DNA of 64,000 nucleotides, from assembly GCA_013239625.1 (NCBI GenBank), contig MU054323.1:19362819-19426818 (forward strand), read 5' to 3'. The DNA is from Lama guanicoe. Lineage: Eukaryota. Positions 1 through 14,217 of this stretch are shown in pieces; positions within the stretch are counted from its first letter, which is position 1; every line of letters starts with the position of its first letter. Below the pieces are notes generated by a model. The model was not told where the DNA came from. It ran no database searches and was given only the letters and a program-made list of their open reading frames with translations. The position numbers and the translations under genes were made by a program.

Positions 1-79
1 ACAAAGAGAGAGAATTACACAAAGGCATGAATAACAGGAGGCAGAGATCATTGGGAGCTATTTTGGAAACTGTTTACAA
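1..79 (-). mobile_element. MaLR (MLT1-type) LTR terminal fragment, truncated by the window edge
   Basis: 'attacacaaaggcatgaataacaggaggcagagatcattgggagctatttt' resembles the antisense end of old MLT1 LTRs (recalled consensus). Confidence 0.5.
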
Positions 80-99
80 TGTAGAATTTGGAAAGAAAC

Positions 100-1210
100 T
101 TGGTCAAAACCTGAGGACTAAGAGGACAATTTATGCACTAAATACACAGTCCACAGACAAAAGAGAACCACGAAAGGTTGGAATCAAAAAACTTCCCTGC
201 AGATTACAAGGAGACCACAGACATGGTTTTCCTACCACGGGCATCCACCCCTACCCATCTCCCCATCCTCTAAGAAAGGAGGATGAGGAGGGATGGGAAC
301 AGGAGACAGACTACTCTTCCCACCTCCCATCCCCATCTGCAGACAACTCCACAAGCCAAGTAAGAGGGAAGACTCCCAGGGAGTCGCTGTAGAGACTGGG
401 GGAGCCTGCAAGAAACAGGGGACACGATTCAGCAATGATACTGTGATCAAGAAAGAGGGGTTGCTGATCTATCCCTGTGCCTACAGAGGAGAAAAGGGAG
501 CTGAAGAGAGATGGCAGGCAGAGGGTGGGGGATGCCCCACGAGTGAGCAATCTTCACTTCTACTATTTGGGGTGCTCAAGGTGGGTACGTTTCCCACAGA
601 ACAAACGGACACCATACTGGTAGCTGGACTATAGCCATTTTGCTAGTATAACCCTAAAATGTGTCAGCGCTGTATGAAGACACACCACACACACATACAC
701 ATGTGTATGCATATACACAAATGCACACAGGTGCAAGAGGTTGTGAGGTGAATACCAGAGGCAGCAATTTAAAACAAAAAGCTGGAGCCATAGTTGCCAA
801 GGTAGGAAGCAGTGCGGCAAGAAGGCCCCACAGTCCTCCAAGCTCCCGACCCACCTCACACATGCACACACTAGACAGTCAACATCTGGACACCTGCCAT
901 GCAGAGGGTACAGGTGACTCATACTTGTTAGCCAGAGAAGCAGCAGTAACTCAAAGTAACTAGCATAGCGATCTCCTGTGGAAAGAAACTTTCTCCTTCC
1001 TTCCCATCTTAACACTCTGGGGTCTGGTATGTGGAGAAGGGGAGAGGTAGAACTTTGAATGAGATTAAACTGGATAAAACCTTTAAATACTTAATTACAC
1101 AATCTGACCAAGTTCTGTTAAGGAATAGGAAAGGGAAGATCAGAAGACCCTAGCTGAAGATGATAGAAAAAAAAAAGTAAGAATAAAAATAAAAATGGTT
1201 TCATGTTTGT
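100..1210 (+). mobile_element. Ancient LTR remnant, LTR78-like
   Basis: Purine-rich body. The 3' part (gaactttgaatgagattaaactgg...gaaagggaagatcagaag...aataaaaatggtttcatgtttg) resembles LTR78. The 5' boundary is uncertain. Confidence 0.4.
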
Positions 1211-4200
1211 AATGGCAACGAACTGATACTATTCAATGTACCATTGGTTGCAGGTTTTTATTTGAACATTTTTCACCTTGTTATATTTTTCTTCAAGATT
1301 ACTCTACAATTTTTCTCTTCATGTCTTAACAATTGGAATTAGGAATCAGGTGGATCAGGTGGAGGGAATAGTCAATTTAGTCTCTTTTTAAAGGACAACA
1401 ATCTTTGTGCTTCCTATTTACATAATCCTATGCCTAAAGACAATTTTTTTTATTTCAAAAATATTTAAAACAATGCAAAACATAATTACTCATCAACACC
1501 TACTATGTGCCTAGTACTATGCTAGGAGCCAGAAGTATACAAAAAATAAAAGTAAACACACAGAACAGAGAACAAAATGAAACAAAAAATAATGTAATTC
1601 AATGCTAAGACTAAGAAAAGAGTTTATTGGGAAGTCATGCATTTAGGCACACCTCACAGAGGAAATTCAGGATTGTTAAATAGTTAATATTATCTTTAAG
1701 TTTATTAAGTACATATACCTTGACCAATTATTTGAAGAACTAACCTTGGTATATTATATATTTCTGTTGTTTCTATTTCCCCTGACCCCAACACCCCTAT
1801 AAATTATTTAAAGTGTGACAGAATGGAGACTTAGCTTACACAACTGGGTGAGAGTTTTATAAGATCATTTCTACTGCAGTAAATCAGTTGGAACACCAAG
1901 CCGTGGCATTAAATTACTTTATTTACTAGATAATCCCAACCAAGTAAGGCATTTTATTATGTAGCATATTTCACATCTATAAGGCTCTAGGTTTATATGC
2001 CAAAGGAGACATATAACTGATGAAATGGGAGCAGTTATAGCTCTAGTACTAAAAGTATTCTTATTAAATATATCAAGACAGATTACCATTGAGTAATAAT
2101 TTAGAAAATCAAGATGTCCTTGAGTGGATATGTCAGTTCAGTATATCCTGACTTGTTGCAAGTCAAGTTGTTTATTGCTTGTGATATAGAAATACTCATA
2201 AATTAATTATTTCTTTTTTATTTATTATTGGGAAAGGGTCTTATTAAAATAAAATGTCTTTAGTCAAACAATGCATAACATTGTTCTATGTGTTTTTAAA
2301 ATTTACACAGACGTGAATGAACTACAAGTATCCTTTTGAACTTGCTTTTCACTCCACATCATGTTTTTGAAATATACATCAACTTCCAGAGAAGAGATTA
2401 AAAGAAGGGAGAGGGATGGTGTTTTAGCTGTATTTGTAATTTGCATTTTTTGAGATGAGGCGGTAAGGAGAGAAAGAGGAGGGGGAGGGAGAGGACAGAG
2501 GAAGACAGAGAACCAGAGATTTGAAGTAAATATGGCCAAATAATATTTCTTCAAATTGAGAGGGGGATATGTAGATATCAGCTACATATTTTAATACTGT
2601 ACCCTATGTTTGAACATTTCTTACCAATTTTTAAATTTTATCATTCTTTAAACAAAGTCATGTCTCATGTCAGAACAATGTTTAAAGCATGTCATCAGTT
2701 CCCAAACTCATTATAACAAATAATGTTCAAATTAGAAGTTCTAGACTACTGGTTAAAACGGGCCTCCTAAAGACCTGTAGTAGTCAACCTCTACTTCCTG
2801 AGAATTTATCGAGTTAAAGGTACATAAACTTCAAGGCATTAAAACTCTACCCTTTAAAAAGTGCTTGGAGATTAGCTCTTTGACAGACTTTGCTGGACCA
2901 TGGTGAATTAGAATGTTTCAGTCTTTTCACAATATTTCATTTGATGGTCCCTATAAAAATAAAATCCATGAAACAGCATCGGAGCTGAAAGATAAACCCT
3001 TCTAAAGGGAGGGATGCCTCAGGCTGAAGCTTAGAGATTCTTGCCAAGACTTCTTACAAAATGATAACCAGTAATTGGTATTGTCTGTTACTGGTGAACA
3101 GATTATACATTTAATGAATTAAAAGACAAGAATTAGACCATTCATTGCCTTGGGAACCAAGGGAAGTATGGCCACCCCTAGCTCCACCCGCCGAGAACAA
3201 AGGTAACATGGAAGGGCAGGGCTCACTCTTCCTGTAGATTCGAGCGCCCAGAGCTTCTGGAGCCCACAAACCAACACTAGGGTAAACTATGCTTACTCAA
3301 TAGCCTTAGTTCAGATGCAATGCATTGCATTCTTTGCTCTTAGATATTAAAAACATGTAAATGCTCAATTTATTGACAGACTCTCATTTTGAGTTCATTA
3401 TCATTCTATAAATATCTCCTTGCCTTCTCTGGACATCCATGGACTTCTCTGAATATCTTCTGCCAATTTCCAATCTAACTTCAGGGCAGTAGTCATAGGA
3501 GGCAATTATGGTATTCTGCCATCTGTAAACTATAATATTGCACAGGCTGCAGAAGAAGTCTGATACAGAGGCAGGGTTTACTTTCCTAACTTCCTTCTCT
3601 CTATATTGTCTTTACCACTCTCACATACAGATGTATCAGAATTTCTACAGCGTTTCAAATAACTCAAAGGAATAACAACATAAGGCTAGACTTAACATTA
3701 TCTGTTAAATGTTACTTTCCTTATAGTCTGTCATCCGGTGGGAGGTAGAGGGAAGGATCCAAGGAATTAAACCTTCTCGGGGAATCGCTTTAAGGGCTTG
3801 GGCACCTCTTATCTCAGGTGAGCTCTTTCCTCTCAGTCGTCTCCTTAAATAACCTCGATCTTCCAAACTTCCTCAGGACAATGTCCAACCTCTTTCTCAG
3901 AAATCTTTCCTGTCTCCAAAGACACTGATTTCACTTAGGATCCGTCCCTTCTCCACCCAGCAGTACATTTCCAAAGAGGAAGGAGGTGTTTCAACTGACC
4001 ATCACTGACAATCTATTAACAAACACTCAGTATCTGGAGACAGTACACCTTTAAAATGTCACACACACACACACTTGACAAGCACAAATACTGAAAGTCA
4101 ATACTGTCTAAACTCTTAAAGATGTAAGACATTTCTGTAACTATCTCATAATTTGTCATATTCTTCTCCCTCAAAATAGCCAGTATTCTGTTTCTTCTTC

Positions 4201-5360
4201 ATCATCATTCAAACTGTGTCTAAGTAAGGCAGGAGCTCTTACTGAGCCACCTATCTATTAACAACTGCTCTCTTGAGGACACAAAAAGAAGCTTGAGAAA
4301 CTTCCATAAATGCTCAGTGAAGTGTACTGCTACTCATACATCGTACTAACTGGCTGTGGTCATTTACACACAGCCAGGGCAGTAGATGCTTGCAGACAGG
4401 GTGACCTCTATGCACAGCTGAAGTTGAAGAAATTACAACTTATCTCCTGGACTCTCATTCTCCTGCCCATCTCCCTCTACACCCAAATACCTGCATACAC
4501 CCAGGACTCTTGTTCTCTTCAGATACTCGCTCCACACAACTAAATTCCAGCTGCTTCCCCACCATTCCATGCCTCATCCCTCACCAACTCCCATCCCAGG
4601 TTACCTGTAGGGAACTGCTCGCACCTTACCACTTCTAGGAAGAGGCAGAGTAAGTGTGTTTTCACGTCAGGGTTATAACTATGGGCAGCTTAATTTGGTT
4701 ATCTGTCCCCAGGATCATAAGCTCAAAGTCATGCAATATTAACAGTAGAACTTCACATACCAGTGACAGCTGGTACAAAAGAAACGTTGGTACCCCCAAA
4801 ATCTCACTAAACAGAGGATACCTGCACATTGTCAGCAGGTAAATAATCCTGTCTGGTTCTTTGGTGCAGGAAGGCAAATTATTTTCATAAGACATGACGT
4901 AGTAGCTTAAATAAAGATAAACATCTGGAAGTTGACAAAAATACTCCTGAAGATTTATGTACATTCACTGTCTATAGATTATCAATTGCCATTTACTTTT
5001 TACCCCGGTGTAGTTTGGGGCTTTTACAACCATTACTCTATTGAAACTATTCTCCTCAAAATGATCAACTGCTTTATTGCTAAATCACTGGAGAATTTCC
5101 TGACTTCATATTAACTTCTCTGAAGCTCTTGACACTTCTGACACTTTTTACTTTTTAGAACTCTTTCTTTGGTTTCTATGGCTCTCTCCTTGCCCCTCCT
5201 ACTTCTCTGTTCCATCCTTCTCAGTAACCTTGTGGAATCTTCTCTACTCTTCCTTTAAATGTTAAACTTGTCCAGGGTTCTCCGTCTAAATTTTCTAAAA
5301 GCTCTCATTTTACTCTAAAACTTCTCCTAGTATGAACTTACCCATTTCAATTACTTTAAT

Positions 5361-5460
5361 TATATACATATATACATACACACATACATACACGCACATG
5401 CATATATATACATATATAGTATATATGCATGTATGTACATATACATTATATATATAAATA
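5361..5460. repeat. Compound (TA)n/(CA)n microsatellite
   Basis: tatatacatatatacatacacacatacatacacgcacatgcatatatata... seen directly. Confidence 0.9.
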
Positions 5461-5843
5461 TGCCAATAATTCTCAAACATGTATCTCCAACCTAGATCTC
5501 AATCTCCACATCATGTTTCTAACATTATAGTAAATGTTTCCACTGGGATATTCCACAGAGACTTCAAACTCAGCACGCTCAGAATTCATTATTTTTTTCC
5601 AACAAACCAAACCCACTTCTTGGGAACCCAATTTCAATGAATGGAATTTCCTTCCACTCAACCAACTACCCAAGCCAAGAACTTTAGTCTCTCAAGACAT
5701 TTTCCTTTCCATTAGCCTCCTAATCTAATCAAGTACCAAGCCCTGTTGATTCTAGTGCCTTAATATCTTTCCAAGAATCCTCTCATTACCAGCCCCAGTG
5801 CCACTTCTTTCACATCATTAATCTCTCTTCTGGATAACTTTGT

Positions 5844-6130
5844 GAGGCAGATGCATATCATAATGGTTGAAAGCACGGATTCTGGAGCCAGACTGACTGC
5901 GTCCAAATCCCAGCTCTGCCTCTTACCAACTGTACAACTTTGGTAAACTCTTAATCTCTATTTTATTTTTTTCTTTAATATCTATTTTATTACAAAGCAC
6001 AGGTGATAAAAAGGAAAAAGCAACTCACCTTATAATATTGCTGTGAGAATTAAATAAATTAACACCCGTAAAGTGCTTAGGGAGAGTGCCTGGCACAGAG
6101 TGCGTGCTCACTAAGGGTGAGCTATTATTA
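5844..6130 (+). mobile_element. MIR SINE
   Basis: MIR head/core (ggattctggagccagactg...aaatcccagctctgcc) and tail (gtaaagtgcttag...gtgcctggcacagag...gctattatta). Confidence 0.8.
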
Positions 6131-8101
6131 GCAAGACAACAGCCACCTGACTGGTTTCCCTTCCTCTAGCCTCACTGCTTTTCAATCTGTTCCCCAGCTG
6201 GCAGCCAGAGTAAATTTTCTAAAATGAAAATCAGATCACGTCATCCCTGGCATTAAACATTCAGTGTCTCAGTCACTCATTCATCGTCCTTGATCTCTTC
6301 AAGACTGATGTTTCCCCTCTGAGCTCCAACAACATCCTCTGCATACCCCTATTATAGCACTTAGAAGACTGAACTTTACTTGCCTGCTCATTTATTTATC
6401 TGTCCTATAAACCTATAAGCTACTCAAGATTTTCTTTTAATTATTGAGTCTACTTGGCTACATTGCCAAGTACACAATGGAATTCAATACATAATGAATA
6501 AATGAATTCAGTCTAAGAATCTTGATTAAGAGAAAGATAAGAAAAACTTGTATTCTTCCATGTATATTCAATCAACTGAAACCCAGAAACTGAGAAACAA
6601 GTACTTTCTGCATTAAAATTACCCATTTTACCACATCAGCATTTCCTCTAGGTTTAGAGGATCTGTGTGGGCAATGTTTGCAAAAGTTCCATTCTCTCTT
6701 ATCATCTCAGGGATTCAAAATTAGAGTTAGAACTTTTCTGGATTTTTAAATTAAAAATACTGCTTTTCTCTTAATATTAAATGGCTTTGGGATTCCCTGT
6801 TAAATGTGGAGCTAAAGAGGGATAATTCTTGGTGTACACTTTGGAGCTTAAATCTCTCTTTTTTCCCCTCCAACAAAAAAGTAACACCCAAGTAAATTTA
6901 AAAGAATACAACATAGGATGGTGGCCAAGATGGAGGAGTACAAAGACCCTGAACTCAATTCCTCCTCTGGGCATACCAAAATTACAACTCTTTGCAGAGC
7001 GACTGTCTATGAGAACTACCTGAAGAAGACAGAAAAGATTTTCCATTTGAGATATAAAGAAATAACCCCAACAAGACAGGTAGGTGGGTAAAGACACGGT
7101 ATAATCAAGACAAACCTGCAGTCGGCAACCCACAGATGAGAAGATAATCACAATTAGGGAAGTTCTCCCCAAGAAGCAAAGGGCCCACACATCCAGCTCC
7201 CCAGCCTGGGGGTGCTGCACTGGGAAGACCAGTGCCCAGAATACCTCGCTTTGAAGTCCAGTGAGTTTGCCAAAGGACAGGCAGAGGGATGTAGGAAACA
7301 CAGAGTCCGCTCATAAAGGGCACATGCAAAGTCTCACATGCTCCAAGACCCAGTGCAGAGAGAGAAATTTGAAAACAGACTGGGCCAGACCCACCTGCTG
7401 ATCTTACAGAGCCCCCTGGAGAGGTAACTAGGACTCCCCCTGGGAACACAGACACAGGTGGCAGCCACTGTATGGAGTTTATTCTACCACAAAGACAATG
7501 GTGCTGGTAAGCAAAATTTTAGAATCCACCCTCTATGCTGTTAGCAGGGGAAGCTTACCTACCCATTAGCCAGTTATCAACAGTATAAGCAATCAGACAC
7601 ATAAGAACCCAGCCCACCCACCAGCACTCCAGCACCAGCCCTGGGCCCCAGTCAGCCACCCTGGGTCCTGGCCCCAGTCAGCCACCCTAGGTCCTGGCCC
7701 CACTCACCAATGGGCCAGCACCAGCCCAAGGTCAGCTGCACCAGGATTCAGCCTTGCTCACTAGGGGGCAGGCACCAGCCCTGGGACTCCCTAGAGTGTG
7801 CAACAAACCATACCAGGATCCAGCCCCACCCACCAGCAGCCAGCAACCTCTGCACAAGGCAGGACCTGGAAGCCAACTGGGCTGTGGGCCAACCCCACCT
7901 ACACCCAGAGTAGCAGGCCCTGCCAAAACAGAAGAACCCATGCAGCTCACATGGGGGCATTAGAGCATAGAACTCTGGTGACCAGAGGGAAGTAAAATTC
8001 TTGATCCCACAGGGTATCTCCTACATAAGGCAGCTTCTCCAAGATTGAGAACATAACTGGCCTACCTAATAAATTGAAATAAAAACTGAGAATTAGGCAG
8101 A

Positions 8102-8984
8102 ATGAGGCGAGAGAGGAATATATTCCAAGTGAAGGATCAACATAAAGCCAAAGAAGAAGAACTAAGCAAAGCAGAGATAAGCAATCTACTGAATAAAGAG
8201 TTCAAGACAGTGATCACAGACATGCTCAGTGAACTTGGGAGAAAAATGAACACATAAGAACTTCAGAAGAGTTAGAAAATAAAGAGAAAAACTAGAGCTG
8301 AAGAATGCAATAACTGAAATAAAAAATGCACTAGAAAGAATCAAAGTAGACTACATGATACAGAGGAATGGATCAGCAAACTGAAAGAGTAGTAAAAATC
8401 ACTCAACTGAACACAAAAAAGAAAAAAGAATTTTCTAAAAATAGGGAGGGCTTAAAAGGCCTCTGGCACCTCAAGCATACTAACATTCACATCATAGGGG
8501 TCCCAGAAGGAAAAGAGAGCAGGAAAAGAGCAGAGAACTTATCTGAATAAGTAACAGCTGAAAACTTCCCTAACTTGTGGAAGGAAACAGACACTCAGGA
8601 CCAGGAATCAGGACAGTCCCAAAGATAAATACAAAAATTAAAGAGAGAATCTTAAAAGCAGCAAGAGAAAAGCAACTAGTTACATCCAAAGAACTCCCCT
8701 AATACCAGCAGCTCACTTTTCAGCAGAAACTCTACAGACCAGAAGGGAGTGGCACCAGAAGGGAGTGGCATGACATCTTCAAAGTAATGAAAGGAAAAAA
8801 CAAAATAAAACAACAACAAAAAAAACCTAGAACCAAGAATATTCTATACAGTAAGGCTCTTGTTTAGATTTGAAGGAGAGATCAAGAGTTTTACAGACAA
8901 GCAAAAGCTAAGAATTCAGCACCACCAAACCAGTGTGTTTCCCTAGAGTTCAGCTTTACAGGAAGTGTTAGGGGACTTCTCTAA
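8102..8984 (+). pseudogene. Degenerate L1 ORF1
   Basis: Translates to ORF1p-like fragments (MRRERNIFQVKDQ...; LKGLWHLKHTNIHIIGVPEGKE) with stops, frameshifts and a 16-bp duplication (accagaagggagtggc x2, 8738-8769). Confidence 0.8.
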
Positions 8985-9417
8985 ATAAAAAGGAAAGAAC
9001 CACAACTAGAAGTATAAAATTTACAAAAGGAAATATCTCATTGATAAAGGCAAACATTTAGTAAAGGTAGTAGATCAACCACTTATCTATAAAATCATCT
9101 GTATCTCCAATCAGTAGTTAAGGGATACACAGAACAAAAAGATGTAAAATAAAACATCAATAACATTAAACATGTGTGTGGGACAGTACAAAATGTAGTC
9201 ATTAAAATGTATTTGAACTTAAGGGATCACCAACTTAATCACTCATATACACATACAGGTTATTATATACATTCTCATGACAACAAACAAAAAAACTATA
9301 ATATACACACACACACAAAGGGAAAGGAATCCAAAAGTAACACTAAAGATAGTCATATTACATGAGAGTAAAAGAAGAAAGGATCCAAAAAGAGTACAAA
9401 ACAACCAGAAATAAGAG

Positions 9418-10510
9418 ATGGCAGTAAGTACATACTTATCAATAATTATTTTAAATGTAAATGAACTAAATGCTCCAATCAAAAGACATACAGTGACAGA
9501 ATGGATAAAAACACAAGACCCATATAAACGCTGTCTAAAAGAGACTCACTTCAGATCTAGATACACGCAGATTGAAAGTGGAGGGATAGAAAAAAGTATG
9601 CTATGCAACTGGAATGGGAAAAAAGCTGAGGTAAGAATATTTATATAAAACAAACTTTAGAACGAAGACTGAAACAAGAGACAAAGCGGGACATTACATA
9701 ACAATAAAAGGATTATTATCCAATAAAAGGATATAAATATACATGCAGCCAACATAGGAACACATAAATACATAAGGTAAATATTAACATAACAAAGGGA
9801 AAAACTGACAGTAACACAATAGTAGTAGAGAACTTTAACATTCCACTTACATCAATGAACAGAATATTCAGACAGAAAATCAAGAAGGAAACACTGCCCT
9901 TAAACTATACATTAGACCAAGCAAACTTAAAAGACATACAGAACATTCCATTCAAAAGCAAAATATGCATTCTTTTCAAGCACACATGGAATATTTTCCA
10001 GGATAGATCACATACCAGGCCACAATGCAAGTCTCAACAAATTTAATAAGATTGAAATTGTAGCAAGCACCTTTTCCAACCACAACAGTATGGGACTATA
10101 AATCAACTAAGAAAAAATGCAGAACACAAACACAGAGGCTAAACAACATGCTACTGAACAACCAATGGGTTTAGTATGGCTCACTGAAGAAATCAAAGAT
10201 GAAATCTAATGGACAGCCTAGAAGAAATGGATAAATTTCTAGAAATATAGTCTCCCCCGAGTAAATCAGAAAGAAACAGAAAATCTGAAATAGACTCAGT
10301 ACTAGTAATGAAACTGACCAGTAGTTAAAAAAAAATTCCCTGCAAACAAAAATCTAGAACCAGATGTCTTCATAGGTGAATTGTACAAAACATTTGAAAG
10401 AATTAATGCCTATCTCCCTGAAACTATTCCCAAAAATTGAAGAGAAAGAAATGCTTTTAAACTCATTCTACAAGGCCAGAATCACCTTAATACCAACCAA
10501 AGATACCACC
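9418..10510 (+). pseudogene. Degenerate L1 ORF2 remnant (APE endonuclease plus a short pre-RT piece)
   Basis: ORF track: ...LNVNELNAPIKRHTVTEWIKTQDP..LKETHF and ...LKLFPKIEEKEMLLNSFYKARITLIP; multiple disablements. Confidence 0.85.
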
Positions 10511-11079
10511 AGACAAACAACAAAAACCCGACTCATAAATACAGAGAACAAACAGGTGGTTGCCAGAAGGGATGCAGGAGGCAGTGGAGGGGGGTGGTTA
10601 GTGAAATAGGTAAGGGAGATTAAGAGACATAAACTTCCAGTTACAAGATAAATAAGCCATGGGGATGAAATGTACAGCATGGGGAATATAGTCAATAATG
10701 TTGTATTAACTTTGTGTGGTGACAGATGGTGTCTTATCGTGGTGATCATTTTGTAATGTAAAGAAACACCAAATCACTGTGTTGTGCAGCTGGAACTAAC
10801 ATAGTGTTGTAGATCAATTATACTTCAATACACAAACTCATCAAACTTAAGGTAAAAGTTTAAAAAGTGAGCCTATAATAAGTCATCCAAAATATTAGTA
10901 ATTATAAAGGTAATGGGCAGGACACGCCTCTGAGGTGCACCAAGAACATCAGCTGCACAAGAGGACACCTGGTTGGAAAGGAGGATTTGAGCCTGAGCAG
11001 CAGATGAGAGAAAGACAGAGAGAGAGACATGATTTCAGCGTAAACAAGAAACTGAAGGAAGAGATGATCTCTCATTCAC

Positions 11080-11310
11080 AGTAATAATAAATAATTGTAC
11101 ACAGTGTGCTAACTGTGTCATGCAAGTCCTGTTCCAACACTGACATATTAACTCATTTAATGCTAACAACAAACCCACAGGATAGGTTTACAGACACTAT
11201 CACGATGTAGGTGTGGAGACAGGAAACAGAAGCATGAAGAGTACGGTAACTTGCCAAAGGCTACCCAGTTTGTAAGGACTGTGCTGACACTTGAACCCAG
11301 GCTCATTCTA
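11080..11310 (-). mobile_element. MIR SINE
   Basis: Antisense MIR text (aactcatttaatgctaacaac...ggaaacagaagcat...ggtaacttgccaaaggct...cttgaacccagg). Confidence 0.7.
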
Positions 11311-11419
11311 TAAAACATCATGCTATAGAGACCAGCCTCTCACTAAGCAACGTTGAGTCATGACTAGCATGTTCTCTCAACAAACTGCACTGTTCTCCCA
11401 CACAGGATAATGGGCATGC

Positions 11420-12060
11420 CATAACAGGGAAGATGACAAAATAACAACAAGAAAGTGCCAAGAGTATTTGGACAAAGGAAGTTCAGGGACCTGGAGGATC
11501 AGAGAAGGACCTCCCCCCATCCCCAATATGTTCCAGTAATAAAAGAAAGGCAAGGCTTGTCTCAGAAATGAAGATGGAGATGAATCCAGAAATATGAGTA
11601 TGAATTTGCCTGGTAAAAAGGAGGAAAATGGATTAACACATGTGTGAGGACCTAGCAGAAATCATAAAGCTAGCACAGAGAGAGCAAGGTGACGTAACAG
11701 ATGAGGCAGGAGACAAAGTTGTCCACACTGAAGAGTTTGAGCATTACAGAAAAGGCAATGAAAACCTACTGAAGGATTCTCTGCAAAGGAAATCTTCTAA
11801 TAGCTACAGTATGAAGACTAGATCAAAGCAAGAAGAGTAGAAGCTCAAGATGAAGTTGGAAGGAAGCGGTCTCAGTACTCCAAATGTGAAGGGCTAGTGT
11901 GGAGACGGGGGATGCAGGGAAAAGGATGTATCTGAGAGTCATTAATAAGAGGACTTAGTGATGCACAGGAGGTGGGTGGGTGAGAGAAGGGGAGAAGCCA
12001 AGGGTGACACTCAGGAGGCAGCATAAAGACAGCAGTGGACGACCAACAACACTGAACCAT
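11420..12060 (-). mobile_element. L2 fragments
   Basis: Purine-rich antisense L2 text (gaagagtttgagcatt...aaggcaatgaaaacctactgaagg; ggagaagccaagggtgacactcagg). Confidence 0.6.
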
Positions 12061-14196
12061 CAGCATCGGATGGAAATTTACAAATAAAAATATGCTAATG
12101 TTGAGCAACTGATACTAATCAATTGAATGATTTATGAGAACAGATGAATATATTGATCAGGAAAATATTAACATCTGAGATGCAGACTATTAAAAGATAA
12201 GAGAGGAATTAACTGCTCAGATTGTGAATATAGGCACGTGGCAATTGTCTTGATATGCAAAGAAGGTAGTACAGAAAACTAAACCAGAAATCCATGAGTT
12301 TTAAACACAGAACAGGAATAAGAATTGGTACTAAGGAGTCTTATAGAAACATCTGTTTTAGTTAACAATGTTTTCAACTTGGAGGAGGAAGGGTGTTAGA
12401 ATAAACGGGCAAGGATCAGCAACTAAGCAGCAGAGAATCAAAGACTTGCTCCCTTAAAATTCTGAAAACAAGAAATTAGTATCCATCAGAGGCATCATCA
12501 AAATGAGTACATGAAAGAAGCCACCAGTGAAAGGAAATGAATTCAGGGCAGGAAGAATGTCCATTTTTGTTCGTGTGATCCACTATTGCCCTTAAGAATA
12601 TGATTTTCTGGGATTTGAAACACAGGCTATAAATGCTCTCATACTACAACGTTAACTACTTAAAATCACTTTAAATATATGGTTGAACTCAATGGTAAAT
12701 AGTAAAAGAATATTCATCTTCAAACTAAAAATATCTTTAAAGATTCTATAGAGCTAAGATGGAAGTAGAAAAGAAATCTTTTACTTTGTGTACAGGATAA
12801 AATACGGTCTTCTATACCTTTTTGACAGACAAAGTTACAATTCCTATAATTCTCATCTATGATTTTTACTTATATTTTGGAGATCATTGTCTACTAAAAA
12901 TTGTATTAATTAAATATTAATTTTTTCCTTTCCTTACGTTTGTTCACCAAAAGCCTTTCTTTCTGCCAATCACAACTTCTCATGAGCACAAATAACTGCC
13001 CTGAGTCAATGTGACTCCATACAGAAGCAAAGAATCTGCTTGGCATTTAAGTCAGTTTGTGCAAATCTTCAATTTCCATTAGGCTTTCTAAGATACTGAA
13101 AGTAGCTTACAAATTCCTGTTACTAATTGTGCAATGGCTGTAAGTGGTGGTGAACTTCCCTAGGAGACAATGTTGCTTCCTAAAATGATACGACATTCTG
13201 CAAGGACTATGGAGAAAATCTGCATTACAACACACTAGGGTATCACTAAGTGATATAAGAGTTAAAATTTTTTAATCAGTAATTTGAATAGTCATCCAGC
13301 AGAAGAAAGTAGCACTTTCTTGAGGAATTAATGCCACTGTTCTATTATTCCAACTATCTAAAGGAAGACAGAATGGCATTTTTAAAAACTACATTCATCC
13401 ATAAAATAGTATTTCCTTCAATGTCTCTGTCATTATCAGGATGGGGTGAAAGGGCTTGGAAATCTTATTTGAAGTCTGCCTGACCAGTAACGATCTTGAT
13501 AATTCAGAGAAATAGAAACAAACTTAGCTGAAATAGAAGGTTGCCTGGATTTGCCATCATAAATTTTTCTCCTTTACTTTGTAAATTAAGTGGTTCCTCA
13601 TTCGGGATAAGTGTATCGCACCATGACGCGGAATGAGGAATCAGAACACTTGTTTCAAGTTCTACTGTCAAATAGCTGTGACACCTTCGACAAGGCACTT
13701 CAAGTCTGGTGGCCTTAGTTTCTTCATCCATTAACTGTAAAATTAACTGATTTCTAAATGCCTTTCGATTCTAAAGCACTAACGATGCTGATTTTAATAG
13801 GAGAAAAGAGTATTCGAATTTTAGTGATCGAGCACATGGAAAAGCAAATCAAATCCTGAATGTCAGTTGAGGAACTGGGGCATTACATCTTCTCAGCACT
13901 CACTGCTTTCTGATCAAATCTATCCTTCTAGCTCAAGAATCACATTTCACGAAGGCAGACTCACTGGGTGTTCTGTTTATAAAAAGAGTAATGACAAGTA
14001 CTTTGGGTACCTGAAATTCAGTTAAACAATTGCATTTCCACTTGGAAATTTCACAGCTTCAGAATCCATTGTATTTTGTACCTAGTACATGTTAACTCTG
14101 TTAATTACAACCTTCTGGAAACTGAGTTTTAAAATTGTACAATTGATTAAAAGCTATAAATGAACTTAGATAATAAAGCATTTAAAAAAATTATAC

Positions 14197-14217
14197 CTGA
14201 AGAAAGGTCTTGGTCAC
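14197..14217 (-). other. Candidate 21-nt microexon of an unidentified host gene
   Basis: Minus strand: ...gacttttgtcacctttctttcag|GTGACCAAGACCTTTCTTCAG|gtataa. Length is a multiple of 3 and two frames are open (VTKTFLQ or xDQDLSS). Confidence 0.35.

Larger units (their letters stand above)
5020..6510 (+). mobile_element. L2 LINE 3' fragment, interrupted by a MIR and a microsatellite
   Basis: Typical L2 pyrimidine-rich text (actctattgaaactattctcctcaaaatg..., ttctaaaatgaaaatcagatcacgtcatccc...) ending in aatgaataaatgaat. Confidence 0.75.
6916..10830 (+). mobile_element. Old L1 with 5'UTR, ORF1, endonuclease region and 3'UTR, with most of ORF2 deleted internally
   Basis: 5' end ggccaagatggaggagta; degenerate ORF1 from 8102; ORF2 start MAVSTYLSIIILNVNELNAPIKRH at 9418; L1MA-type 3'UTR ending caattatacttcaata. 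Confidence 0.9.

Noticed and set aside
27..1015. Overlapping 70-128 aa ORFs
   Set aside because: Low-complexity translations across an LTR remnant and a CA-rich tract, with no splice or homology support
6777..7995. 174-aa and other ORFs in a GC-rich stretch
   Set aside because: They lie in the L1 5'UTR, show no recognisable domain, and are expected from base composition
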